Notes under the pieces: generated by a model
Database searches by the model: none
Told to the model about the DNA's origin: nothing
The model's input: the letters and a program-made list of their open reading frames with translations, nothing else
Shown: piece after piece, positions 39,918 to 53,580 of the stretch
Layout: each line of letters begins with the position of its first letter
Position numbering within the stretch: position 1 is the stretch's first letter
Translations under genes and position numbers: made by a program
Assembly: GCA_030141605.1 (NCBI GenBank)
Contig: JAQGDQ010000026.1
Span: 930,001 to 994,000, forward strand
Direction of reading: 5' to 3'
DNA length: 64,000 nt
Source: Tubiluchus corallicola
Taxonomy: Eukaryota; Animalia; Priapulida

Positions 39918-42900
39918 TCATCTTGTATACTCTGCTAGTAGCTGCAATAACCGGTCATGATCCATGTTGTTTAGTAATGATACATCCATTCCCAGTGCAT
40001 TTGCCACACTGCTCATGTCTAAACCAAATGATTTTAACAAGTCTATAAAATCCATCTCTTCACCTGCAAATGAAGTTTACATGTCATACTTTGCTATGCA
40101 CAATAAGTTCTTCTTAATACCAGTTTTTCAAAGTGGTAGAACATGCTAGAACATCCCTGATAAATTTCAAAAAAAGGAACCGCCTTTGCTGGAGTTTAGT
40201 TCTTAATTTATGTGGCTACCTTATGAGTAATAAACATGCTCATGCTCAACACAGATAATCTTTGAAGTATGGTGTATCTAGTTGCTTGACTAGTATGCTT
40301 AAACAATTGACTAGTTTTTTTCCAAGAAACCTTTTGATGGTAGTTCTGAATTTTTGTGGCCTTTTAACTAAAAGTGCAATGGGCAGACTTGTTAGAATAC
40401 ATTTAATTCTAAAAAAAAGTATGTGGATTTACCACATTGTTTCTTCTTACCAGTAAATGGATTCCGTAATTTAGGGCACGCCTGATTGCACTGTGGCCAC
40501 GTGCATTGATCTATTAATTTATGCCGACATTTATCTTCATGCAGCAACCATCTGTGGTCAAAGTCCTCGTCACTTTCCAGTGGTGCTGATCGTTCTTGTC
40601 GGTTTCTTTTACGTGCTGTGTAAAAAATGTCACATGAAAAGAATCATTGCATTTGTTAGAGGTAAAACAATGTTGAACGCGACTTTAGAAACCAAGAAGT
40701 TTTGAAGAGAATGAATCTGCAGTATAATGGATAAGGTTGGCACCTTCCTGTCATGTTCCAGAGATTGCTTTGACAACGCTGAGTGATTCAGCATCGTGCT
40801 TGGTCACTTTCAGTAATCTTAAGGAATTTAGTGTTTGAGATGCATTTCAAGCCTGTTTTTATGTATCGTTAGTTCTGCTGATTCGACAAATGTCAAATGG
40901 CTGCAAGGATGTCGATCCTCTTATGATAATAATGAATCATCATGTCCTATTACATTTGAAAACTGCCATTGGCTCATATGGCATAAGTGTTTAAGACAAG
41001 GTAATTCAGATCATTTATACATGCTCTTCAGCATTAAATATTACCTCTATTTCTTTTTCTCAATTTCTGTTGTTGACGCTCCAATTTTCTCGCGTGTCGA
41101 TTTCGGCGATTACGTCTTGATCGCAAGACTGTTTGACTGTCATCATTTACCATAAGTTCCCTGTAAAGTAGACGAAGAAGTATGCTCTCAGAGGTTTTGC
41201 AAAAAGCTTGTTTTTCCTTTGCTGTATTTGCCTTTTATTTGGTCAAATGAAATATTAGAAACTTTTTTTTCAGAATTTTATTGTCATTGAGTTAAGCCTA
41301 ATTAATGTTCACATTGCTATATCTTACAATATTAAAGGTTGCTTATGGCAAAGTTATAAGCAATTTTATGACATTTTAGCATTATGGTTTGTTAATTGTT
41401 AATGTTTTAAAAAATTGTGAATGATAAAGATACATTCTGAATTACTCAGTGCTTACCCAGTCAACAAGATATCATTTTCTTGATGGTTTACATGGTGTTT
41501 GTGGTGATTATGCTCGTGTGATGAGTCTGTCCAACACTTAAGAGCTTGTGGTAAAGTAATGCCATCTATTTCAACATACTGCCATTCTCTAGAACATCAC
41601 ATTATTCTGATTAATCCATATGATGTGATCCTAGACAGACTCAGTAGTACAATTTGATCTCTATAGCCATCAAAGGGCAAGTCGGAACTCCAGTTTCCAG
41701 TGTATAATTTTCCATATAAAGCAGGATTTCATACTAAAGCTGCCACTTTTCATTTCTTAATTTCACTTTACAAAGTGAATTAAACAAAAATTAGTCTCTT
41801 CTAACTTTAAAAATAATTAGTGTACTTACTTTTTTGTTAAAACAATGTGTGAGAGACATGATGCAGCAAATACAGCCCTGTAATATAAAACAAAAAACTG
41901 TGTATTTACATAATTTGTTTGGAATGAATAGACTATCATAATGGCTTTCTTGTCATTCCTTTTGTACACCAACATTTGCTTAAAAAGTTTTAGTTTGATT
42001 TTTTTTATAAGACAGCTTTACATTTTGTAATTCTTGAATCCTATTCAACTTTAGTTAATATGATTGCTGTATTTTCTGCGATTAGCATGGATGTTAATAT
42101 CAGCATGTACAAGTGTACTTACGAAACATTCTCAAAGCTGTTTTTTAATTGATTGCCAATGCTGTGGATATAATCCCACTGTTCTTTTGTAAGAGGTGCT
42201 CCAACGTTATCCACGGTCATTTGTGCCTCATCGTACAACCATTGAAATACAAACAAAGGTGCTGAAAATGGACAACAGAATGGTTTATAGAAGCAAAGTG
42301 CAATTCTATATTACCATTAGCAAAAATCTATGTTAATGTTAACATTACCAAAAACTCTTAACTAACTCAAAGTAGGTCCTTCTCACAGTAGGCTATTTTA
42401 ATAGTTAAAACTATAAAAATAGCTTTAAATGAAGTATGTTATTGCGAACCAGTCAGAGTTTTCATTTGTACAATATTTATCCCAGATTCTTTTCCTAAAC
42501 ACATTATAAACCATGCAGAAAATAGTTCAAAATACATAATCGGATTCTTTTAAAATTATCAACTTTCTTAGTGAGAGTAAAAATTTGTGCACAAATTAAA
42601 TACCTTTCATCGTATTATAAACTCTGTATCCAAAATAACATCTCCATGGTTCGTTTTGGTACTCCTGCCGACATCGGTCAGGTACTTGACCATTCCAGTA
42701 ACTGATGCCAAGCTTGGTGGCTTCTACTGGTGAACACATATGTGCATCCGTACACTCAACAGTTTTAAAGGGTTCATTATCCAAAAACCATCCTGAGTCG
42801 GCAAATCCGCGCACTTCTAGTCGTGGATTGTAAAATCTCATCATGTCAGCAACTCTGTCCAAATTCTGAATAACTCCTATTCCACCAGCACTATTAGCAA

Positions 42901-45900
42901 ATTGAGATAATAGGTAAAAAATAACACTGCATAGTTCATATTTATACACTTACAAGTAGCACATAAACACATTATATTGAAATATAATGAATATATGTAA
43001 TCATATAATGTAATCAAAGTATTGTTATGTAGTGGGTGTTTGCCAAAGTTTAAGCTGTCTTGTCCAGATCACTTTTCCTGAGTTTTCTGACCTGCCAGCC
43101 TGGGAATATTTCATTTAAAACATTACAAGAAAACAATTTCTATAAAAAAAGATTATAAAATTCGCCTTGAAATTGTATATCACTTACATGCTGTCTTATT
43201 GCATGCAGAGCTTGCATTAGCAGTAATGTTGTATAAGACTTGTAAATTTAAACATCTGTGATGGTCATGAGGCACAGTCACTTTATTGGTAATTCGTTTG
43301 AAACAAGTTTAGGTAACACTGCTTGAAGTTTGAATAAATAATCAGAGTATTTTTGGATTTTTGGCACACTCTTTGCCAACGAAGCAAAAGTATAAATTAT
43401 ATTATATTGTCAGTAAGATCGATGATTTTTGGTCAGTCAGGGTGCACACTGAGAAGGCGATGCAGTACTATTTCACTAGGTGGCATGAATATTGTAAATT
43501 ATTAAGAATTTTCTATTTAAATCACACAAGGATTTTTAAAATTCCATTTTTTTCCGTTTAAAGATTCTTGAACTTGCCATCCTCACAAAGAGTTGTTTTC
43601 ATTGGAAGATTTCGTAGGTTGATAATCGACCCACTGTGGTGCTCATACATTATAAAAACTGGGAAAGGACTTTGCATATTATTATAATTTAGTTGAGCAA
43701 TTGAATTTTTTTGAACAAAGAAAGGAATCTATGGACTTTACGACCGTGCATTTCTGGAACTGTACAGTGACTTGCTGCATGTTGTTGATTACTCTCACCA
43801 AGTCAATGCTAATTAAATGTAAAGATGTGTTCAAACTGAAAAGCAGATAGCCTTTTAATAAGCCTCTTTGTTTTCTTACTTCTAGGGCTCTGATTGGTGT
43901 TGAAAGGACTACATATCAATCATGATCAGTGGAACCATTATAAATGGGTATACTTATTAAACAAGGAAAATTCGCTCTTCAATTTTTCTGCTTAATTTGG
44001 TTCTTATCGCTTAGCATGCAGAGTGGCAGTTTTGCTGTACGTAATTTAGTATTTAGTCAAGTAGATTTGTTTAAATTTTAAAATAATTGCAAACCATAAA
44101 GTTGAGACTCAAATGAAATCTAAAAAGGATAATTGACTTTATTTGTAGAATTTCGCTTCAGAACTTATGAATTGTGATGCGTTTTGTAATCTCAGCATTT
44201 TACTATCCACTTTCTTAGAACTTAATTGAGTATGTGCTATTATCGAATTGTGTTTAGTGTGTGCAATATACAGTATCCTATCAAGGAATATAAAAAACTA
44301 GCAATAATACAAAATTAACATAAAAATCTAGGTTTGTCAAAATACTCAAATATTGAAAATACGCAACTGCAACTTCAACCAAAATTAGCAAACCAAAAGA
44401 TTATTCTACACAAATAAATTACTGGTTGCTATTATAATGAACTCAACCAAAATTGTAAAAGGTGCTATAAATCCAAAGAATTTAAGATCACCCACCCAAA
44501 TTAGTTAATTGCAACTTATGGCCTGCATTGAACACCATCAGAAGAGAAACAAAATGTAAGAGAAAGGACTCACCTGCTTCCAACCAGCAGTAACTTCCGA
44601 GCTTCTCTCAAACCTTCCCCCAGCAATTGCTTCATCACTTCTTGTATAATTACAGATCCCATGAATGCCCAATCGTCTGCCAAAGCACAGCACATTAAGT
44701 TTTCATCTAAGATACTAGTTTGATCAAATATTAGTGCAAGTAAAATCAATGGACCAACAAAGCTTTCAAAACAGTGATGATAATAATAATAATGAGTTTT
44801 GTAATTGAGTTTCAATGGTTATTCAGGTAAAATTCATACAGAACAAAATTAAAGATCAATGAATAGATTTTCGGAAATTGTGAGAGAGAGAATTTGATGC
44901 ATGTTCATGCATTTATTGTATAAGCTGCATGTATCTTTTTATGTTTTTCTGTTATAATTAAGTGTTTTATGAGGATGATATATATAAATTTATGATTTAT
45001 ACATACTTAGAAATGAAACAAATGCTGCTATGTAATATTCTTAAATTAGGACGTGAAATAGTTCTGTGATATTATGTTATGTGAGAGGAGCTATCAATTT
45101 ATTTTTGAGAATGATTAGATAGTGCTTATATTAATGTGGTACTGAGAGCCATATATATATATATATTTAAGTGGTGGGATAACCTTTTTTCTGACGACCA
45201 GGATCACTGAGGATGTGTAGTATGTACACACTTTCGTAAGTAAGTAAGCAATTTATTGTCATTATATTATAATATAATGACATTTGTGTGGTTGAGACAT
45301 ATGTAGGTTGAGGTATATGGCTGAGACACTTTTGACTGTTCAGTGTCTGTCTTACCTCAGAGAATTATTCTTGATAGTCAGTTAAGGTTTTGGTCCACCA
45401 CAACCATTTAACATTTACTGCCTGTTGAGTGATGAATTCTCGGTACATTTGGTATAAGCTTATTTAATTTTAATTCTTTTATGTTAATGCTTTTACGTTG
45501 GATATAGAATAGAAGCTATATTTTGCAAATTGCATTAGATTCTTATGAAGTATTGAGATGTTTTTTCATGCACTGCCAAACATACAATGATCATCATGTT
45601 TCATGGAATCTTAGTGACAGTTTCCATGGCTAAGCCTCCATTCATATTTGAGAACAAAAGAGATTATCTTCGAACAGTTTATGAATTGCACAGTTCAATG
45701 TAAAGTGTTGTAAACAGATAATGAATTTTTACAGTTAGTAACACATTAACTGATAAAGACAAAAGTTATAGCAACAGCATATTTGATTATATCATTTAAA
45801 ATAAGGAAAACAATATACTTGTCTCATCAGGAGTTTTAGCGCCAGTCCATGCATCACTTGAACAATATGGTATTAACCTACGAGAGAAGTAAACAATTTA

Positions 45901-48900
45901 TTAATAAAAAATAACATTAAAATGGACACTGTTTTCGTTATTTTCACAAGTAAAGTTTCGTTATGTTCTTCCATTCATGAGCTGCTTTCTCATAGAAAAT
46001 TAGATGTCATAGGTTTTAGGACTTTTTATTTGTATGGTAATGAAATGCTTACACAACATTAGCGCTCCACCAATGCGGATTTTCTTCAGGATCAGCTGAC
46101 AATATTCCTTCACCTGTAACAGAACTAAATTAATTCTCATCGATTCATAACAACTGTTCAGTCAGGCATAACAAGATCTCCAAATATTTTGCAAAATGTG
46201 TTCAATTTCAATTGTAGCAAGTGTAAGCAGGTTTAGGTGTAGGTTTTTAGATTTTTTAGAAAATGATGTTAATGCTTCCATCCTGAATTCAAGATGGCAA
46301 ATAAAAAGTGACATCAATGTCAATGTCGCTGTTTTGAAATCAAGATGCAAGTAAAAAAATCTGACTGTGTCTATCGATTCAGAATTCGTTCTAACATGTT
46401 TGTTTAAAGTTTATGACACTGTGTCACAATTTGGACGAGCCTTATGCTTTTTTTGAGAATGATATTATTGCCGCCATCTTGAATTCAGAATGGCAGATTT
46501 AAAATCCGACTCTGTCAATCATTGTAAAATTCATTCTAGTATATGTGTGCGCAGTTTTTTGATGATCAGTTGAAATTGGTGGTGCCTTGGGCTTTTTTCG
46601 AAAGGTCACCCCCAACAACAACAGCAAGAATAACAACAACATCCAGAAAAGTAGTGATCTTCGACCAAAAAATAATTAGATAATTTACTGCGAATATTAT
46701 GTTCCTGATTTGAAAACTTTGAGGCATACAAACCAATATGAACAAGATGCAAGGAGACCAGAAAATGGTGCAAGGCAAAATACGTTAATGACAAAAGCTA
46801 GTAACATCTTGTTAAACTTGCTTCTTGCTTATTTTGTATTTTGGTTATGTATGGAGCACTAATGTTTTGAAGTATTAATGAGATATTATCAAGTTATTTC
46901 GTACAAGAAGGAATAGAACCAAGATATTGGAAAACTGGATAAATTTAAGTAGGTGCCTTACAGTTATATAAGTTATATAGGTACTCCACAATATACATAC
47001 ATGATATATATATATTTTTATAAGAGAGCTTGTAATGCTTGTAGGTTGCTAGGTATATTCAGTAACTTGACAATTGCAACTATGTTAATTGCTCTTACCT
47101 AATCTAGTGTCAGGCCAGTAGGCTGACGACATCATGTTTTTCATTTTAATATAGCGTGAATCACAGCTTTTCTTGCTAAAGCAGTACCAGCCGCCTTCGA
47201 GGAACACTATCCATCTTTTGCTACCTTTTGACTTCCTTATGTAATATCTAAAACAGCATAATAATTCATTTTGATGTTAATTAGCATTAACAGAACATAG
47301 GGCTTAATTCCAAGTTATGCAAAGCAAAATCAAAAACACAGTGCCCTGACAATCAATATACATGTGCCCAAATGGAAACGCGTGTTCAGCAAACGATTTG
47401 TAAGGGAACCACGTAAAAATGTAAGCTCAGGATACGTAAGGGTATTTTGGATGAATTTATTTTTGTGCACTAAAATGTGTTGAGCTACCCAGTTTTGTAT
47501 CCACGTAAGTTTGCCCACGAAGTGATAATAAGTAAAACTGATAAAATGTAGTAGTTTGTGTTAAAGTAAGCGTAATTCTGTGGGTTGCTCTTTGTAGCGA
47601 GCTATGTATAAAACTACCTAACGTCGTAAAGTACTGGAATTACAAGTAGATATAGTACACTTATTTGTGAACCCGGATAAACTCAAGTTTTCTTTATGAG
47701 TTTCAAGATAGCTTGGCACATATGCACATGAATTAAAGCTGCCTTGTTAACACGTTTTTTTATTGTAATTTAGCTACTTAATTAATTACTCAAAACTTGA
47801 AAAAATGTTTTCCAGACACCATCAAGCAAAAATACTTGAATTGCCAGCGAAGACAGTCACAACGCTAACTCTCTAATATGTATTTCCAGATAGTTTACAG
47901 TCAACTAATATTGGCCATAAATTGCTACAACTAGGCGATATATTGAAAGTTGTTAAAAACTAATAAAGTATTGTAAATCTCAGGTTGCTGTGCACCGTGC
48001 CGGCACGCATTGATGTCAAGCGCTTTCCGAAGAAAGTCATTAAGAAAAAGAACTAAATTTTAGTACATGAAGTAAAAACGAGGGTGTCGCCAAGAAATTC
48101 CATTTAAATGTAGGCGGGGATGCACCCTGCGTGGCTGTTGAACATTTCAACCAAACTGTACCGTGTATTGACACTAACACAGGCCCAAACAGCTGAGTCG
48201 CACGCGCCCGTCGGTTCGCCTTTGATCTTTGAATCTTCCACACCACATCAAAGCGTGCCGCCGCGAGTCCTGATCCTAGGGCACACTCTGCCCACTTCAG
48301 TGTAAAATCTCGGCAGAGTACAGCAAATCGGTAATGAGTAGGATCTCAGTTAGAATTACATTGTAAATAAACACTGGAATTATTATGTATTAGCGCTATG
48401 GCCCCCGCTAAACCCCGCTCAACCCTTGGTTAACCAAAATACGAATCCATTGAGCTTTAGCATCTAATCAAATTACTTTTTTCTGTTTAACAATTATTAC
48501 GCGTTAGACACTTGATATACGGCGAGTGAGGCAATATTTATACTGACAGAAATCTTATGAGCTAGTTATGAGTACAATTCAATATCATACATCATGCATG
48601 TTTATAAATGACTTGGGAGTTAGGTTTGGCACTTCTATAAAGCGAAACTTCCGATGTAGCCACTTAGTGGCGAAAAAGCTACTATTTACATTTCCAAACA
48701 ATTCGTTGCACCCAAACAACCTTTTGAATGCAGTTATCTACTTAGTCCGTTTCATTTAGTGGTGTTCTCCAATTGTGTACTAAGCTTTGTATTATTTTTC
48801 ACGCGATAGCATTACGCAAGCTATAGACCCATTCGAGATAATATGGGATATTTTTGAACTAACAAAAAAGACTGAGGCAAGAGGTATGACCCAGTGGTCA

Positions 48901-50196
48901 CAGTGGGTACTTAGCGACTGAAATTAGAAAACCAGTAAGCAGGTTAGTAGTCTATATATACTGCTCCGGCTATTTCTATGGTTCAGAGACGTTGGTAAAC
49001 CACCCAGACATAGCCAGGTTCCGTAACTCAATTTGAAGGATTATCTTAGTAAATAGAGAAGTTCCGGTCCCGCCGCAATACACACATATCTAGTCACATA
49101 CTATACCCGAACAATGCTATATAATGTACATGTAGGGTGGTTATACCGATACATGTCTACATGTCTTCCTAATTATTTCCATGATGTTTGCAGAATTCCG
49201 AAAATGTTTTGTATGTTATTGACGGTTAATAGTATGTTATTGACGATTTTTTCTTATCGTATGTAATTAAATCTTAGAGCGGAAGGCGAAACGAGAGAAA
49301 TAGTGACTTGGGCCTTCATGCCAAACAAGGGAACTGCTCGAAGAATGAAAGTATTATCAAAATTATTCAGTTCCACACCGTGAAAACAGTAAATCTATAC
49401 TACACCATGCAATCAAAGGTATGTATATATAACGTAATATGTAACGTTCTTTCATCTTTAAAAATCATTTAACTTAGCATTGCTCCATTTTTCCAATGCT
49501 TCCAATTGTTCCAAAGGAACAAGAAGACGGCAGTGGCCAGATTTGTAAAAATTATTCAGACTGTCCTGGCTTCATTTGTTCTGATTGCACGTACTACGTT
49601 TTATGACGTATCTCAAACAAAACGTAGCATATACAAATCAGTGACAAACCATATAAAAGCTACAGCTAGCAGGTTAAACTGATTAATTAACTACTAATTA
49701 ATTGTAATTAACTGCAGACTAATTAATTAATTGTAATTAAGCAGCACTGTCGTCAATAAAACCGATACCTAAACTATTTTTACATTAAATAAAGCATGTA
49801 GATTAGATGTGAGTTTAGATTTTGCTATCTGTTGGAAAGCACCTGTTAATAATCCCATGCCGTGTGCTGTTACCACTACGAATAAACGAATCTTCAGATT
49901 TAACTTATTTTCGGGAATAGTCTATTTGTGCCAACTTACCCAGCAGCTGTACCGTCATTGCACGTTGTTGTCCGGTTTCGTAATAACACTTTCTTCATCT
50001 GACTTTGCTCTTTCACTCCCACACCGCAGCCCACCAGTGCCTCTCCAATCTTCCTAATGGTGGCAATGGTGTTCCTCAGGTCTCCTGTTTTTTCCAGATC
50101 TCTAGGGTCCAGCATTATGTCCACGCCCACAACTCTGGCGTCCACTGACAGCCAACGCTGGGCTAGCACGGTGACAAATAACACACACAAGTTCAT
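39918..50196 (-). CDS. NOTUM: Notum, palmitoleoyl-protein carboxylesterase (Wnt deacylase), 553 aa (exons 50196-49940, 47247-47099, 46113-46053, 45877-45819, 44676-44574, 42890-42604, 42261-42123, 41877-41830, 41588-41457, 41160-41045, 40615-40451, 40063-39918)
   Basis: Signal peptide, TCNDGTAAGYY, FLEGGWYC (oxyanion hole), PYCSSD, GSSAGG (catalytic Ser), ADSGWFLD, QWLYDEAQ (Asp), SCLSH (His), CTWPQCNQACP, NPFTGEEMDF. All introns GT-AG, phases consistent, total 1662 nt. Confidence 0.96.
48219..48263. promoter_or_regulatory. Intronic Wnt-response element of Notum (TCF site cluster + Helper site)
   Basis: CCTTTGATC, CTTTGAA and ACATCAAAG within 35 bp, followed by GCCGCCG. Confidence 0.7.
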
Positions 50197-51881
50197 TATA
50201 GGGTTTCTGAAAAAAATAAAAAAATAACTATATTTGCCGCATTTCTTAATCTTTAATATTTAGTTTTAGCTAAGTGTTTAGACAATTCTTAACACAAAAT
50301 TTTAATTGAAAAAAAGAAAACTGTAAAACTTTTTACACCTAACTCATAACTATTATAATTTTCAATATCTGTGCTGTAAAAAATACGATAAATAGAAACA
50401 GTCACGGTTATACACGAGAAACAATATCTATAATGGTATTGTATACAAGTAACAATATTGTATTTATTGTGTACTGCACAAAATTATTTCTCGTATATTA
50501 CAGTGATTTTTCTACTTTTGGCGCCATTTTCACAGCGTGTAGTCATATTACTTTTGTTGCATGATGCTAATATTACTATTTTGTAATACATTACTACACT
50601 TACTAATCGCAAGTTGTATATTCCCGCGTCCATGCAACCTCTGATAGAGTTTATTCTGAATGAAAGTTTCGGCCAATGAAGTCTTTTATACGAGCAACCA
50701 CGTGACCAATGGATATCACAGGAAGCGCTCTACGGTTACGCATCTGACTTTATTTACACGAGGCAATTTGCTTATGAGCATCACCGTGTTTGAAATGTTC
50801 CTAGAGTCGGTGATGCTTACCGGAAAATCAGCGGCATTATTCAAAGGGAAATGGACAGATGAAAATAAGTTAAACAAGCAGCCTGTTGGTATCAGGGCAA
50901 AGAACAATTGTGGCAAATGTGCGCACACTGAAGGGAGAATGAAACTTGGTGAATGAAAGACTGTGTGAATGTAAAAGCGGGCTGTAAGACCACAATTTCT
51001 AGTCAAAATGATGCTGCAAATAGGCTCCTTTGAAAGAATGTAATCAATATACATCTAATTGACTTCCCTTGCTGATATCAAAAACTTTTAGTAGGCTTGC
51101 TTATAAATCTTTACACTGCAGATTGTAGAATGTTATCATTGTGATGTCTTTCAAAAACCAATTTACTTTATTTCTCCTGTAATATATTTTCAACGTGTTT
51201 TCATTATAACGGCTTACATAAATGGAATATTTTTGTTTTTGTACTGATAATTCATTAGAACGGATGACAACTTATGGGTCCAAAAGGACTTCCTACGTCT
51301 TAGCAACTGTCTCCAGAGTCTCACTACCTGTTTTGAGTTCTTCTAAGAACCACTGTCCACACATTTTTCTATCTACACTTCAAGTTTAACACTGTAAAGC
51401 CAATTGTAGTCAAAATTAGTTTTCAAATTAGGCTCCTTTGAAAACTTTTGGCATGAAATTTTGTAGTCTGTTTTGCCGGGATGATAACTTCTTATAGTCA
51501 GTATATTTATTTGATTTTCCTTAATAACTTCAAAAACCTTTTGGTCCAAATGTGCTTCCTTGTCTTGATAACAGCTTCACTGGAAGTGTAAAGTGTAAAA
51601 GTTTTTTTTAAATCGCTGGGTTCAAAATCTCATGTTGCGCTAGTTTGTTTTGTCCCCTCTGGATATTAAATTGTGTAATCAAATTGGCTAATATCTTATT
51701 CGCTCTGCTTCTACAGCATGTGCAACCGTGTTCAGAAGCTCTTTATATCCAGTATTAATTATAACTTGAATTAAGGAAACGGCTACGTTGCTGATCGTTC
51801 TTTTAGAAGCGTTCCTTTTCAGTATTTACAGGTATGTATAGACTTCTGGAGTAGGGAAAGACTGCGGTATGCAAACAGAAT

Positions 51882-51898
51882 CGAGAGAGAGAGAGAGA

Positions 51899-51951
<53 letters not shown>
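51882..51951. repeat. (GA)n microsatellite
   Basis: Read directly. Confidence 0.95.
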
Positions 51952-51954
<3 letters not shown>

Positions 51955-53504
51955 GGCAGATTAAAAACGTACAGTATGTAAATCACTGCTCATTGTTTAA
52001 TACTTGAGACCGAGACAACGGAAGACGGAAGAGAAGGTCTGGTCAGTCTGGCTAAGGATACTGAAAAACAGGGGGAGGAGATATTTTTGCGCGGTTAATT
52101 CGTCTAGCATCCGCTCCAAGATTTCGGATGCAAATATTTTGTTTGGGAAGCTAAGGCGGATGTATATAGGTAAGCGGCAACTTTGATCTGACACCTTAGC
52201 GGTAACCATGCAGAAGATAAAAATGCACGAACGCAGAAACGGTTGTTTATAATGCTACCTGGCGTATTCTATACAACTGTTGCATTGAAACAGTTTATTA
52301 TTTAGTGCGTATTGGTTGTTTAAGCCGCTTTTCTACTCACGAAAAGGCAAATTGCTTAGAAAATTCAAATAAAATAAACTGAGGTATGCATTTTTAAAGC
52401 TTACACTCGTTGGAAAACTGATAATTTTTCTAGCTCGTTTAATTAGTTCAATCAAAACAGCACAACTTGTGTCTTTAGTATAATGTGTAAAGCAGCGAAT
52501 CGCTAGTTCCATTAGGCAGTTAAGTTCATTTTGCGCAAAATGATGCATAAGCTGGTCATCGAAGTCCTTAGCGATCAGTTCAGCTTATACAGCGATCAAG
52601 GATGTACTGTTATGCGGCTTACGTCAAATAGCTGCAAAGAGCGAAATTCGGACAAAAGTAGCAAGATGGTGTGGAGGCAGTAATTAGGTATGCATAGGGC
52701 AAAAGTTTTGCCTACGTGGGAGCAACTAAACTTAACTGAAGACTCAAATACAACGTATTCCGAAGACCAAGCAAAATTTTTGATGTACCAGCATGACAGA
52801 AAACATTGTCGAGAAAAATAAACAATGTCAAATTCACGTTCCCAAATAAAGCTTTTAATCTAAGAGTAGGAAGGCACCACCCTCCTTGTTTTCACAAAGC
52901 AATGTTCTTCATAGAAGTTCTGCCGCACTACATCTTGTCGACTTCCATCTAATGAGCTCTTTCTGCATTACGTCTTATGACTCAAGAATATCACGTTCTC
53001 ATATTTGGACAAATTAGAGTAAGAATGTTAGATTACAAAGACAACTTGCCGAACAGCGTCTATGCAGAATGTTATCATGTATAATGTATAATTATTTGGA
53101 TAAAATTTAACCAGCATTGCGTTAAGTTATTAAAACATGTGCATTAAATTAACTGGTTGAAATGTGGTAAAAAAATCCTTAAACAGGCTGCAGTCAAAAA
53201 TTATTCCAGGCAGTTTACTAAGCTTATCACATTCGAGGTCACCAGTCAGTCTATAGGAAAGAAACAAATTTCAGCAATTTACGATATTTACCTAGCTGTC
53301 ATAGACCAATTAATGAAGCCTCGAAAGTTGCTGTTGTTGTAGTAATTATTATTATTGTTGTTGTTGTGCTTGTTCTTGTTGTTGTCGTCGTCGTTGTTGT
53401 TAGTGGTGGTGGCAGGGGGGTGATGATGGTACGGAATGGCAATTAATGAAATTTCTAAAGGGCGGAGAGCCGAACACTTGCAGGAGAAATTTTTGATAGA
53501 AGTC

Positions 53505-53580
53505 CAAAGGAGTGGTCCAACTCCTTGCCATGGCATTGAATTTGTAACTCAAAGATCTCGAGTTCAAATACAAGTTCTCC
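53505..53580 (+). mobile_element. Decayed tRNA-derived SINE head
   Basis: Box A-like GAGTGGTC and box B-like GAGTTCAAATAC at plausible spacing; no tRNA cloverleaf. Confidence 0.3.
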
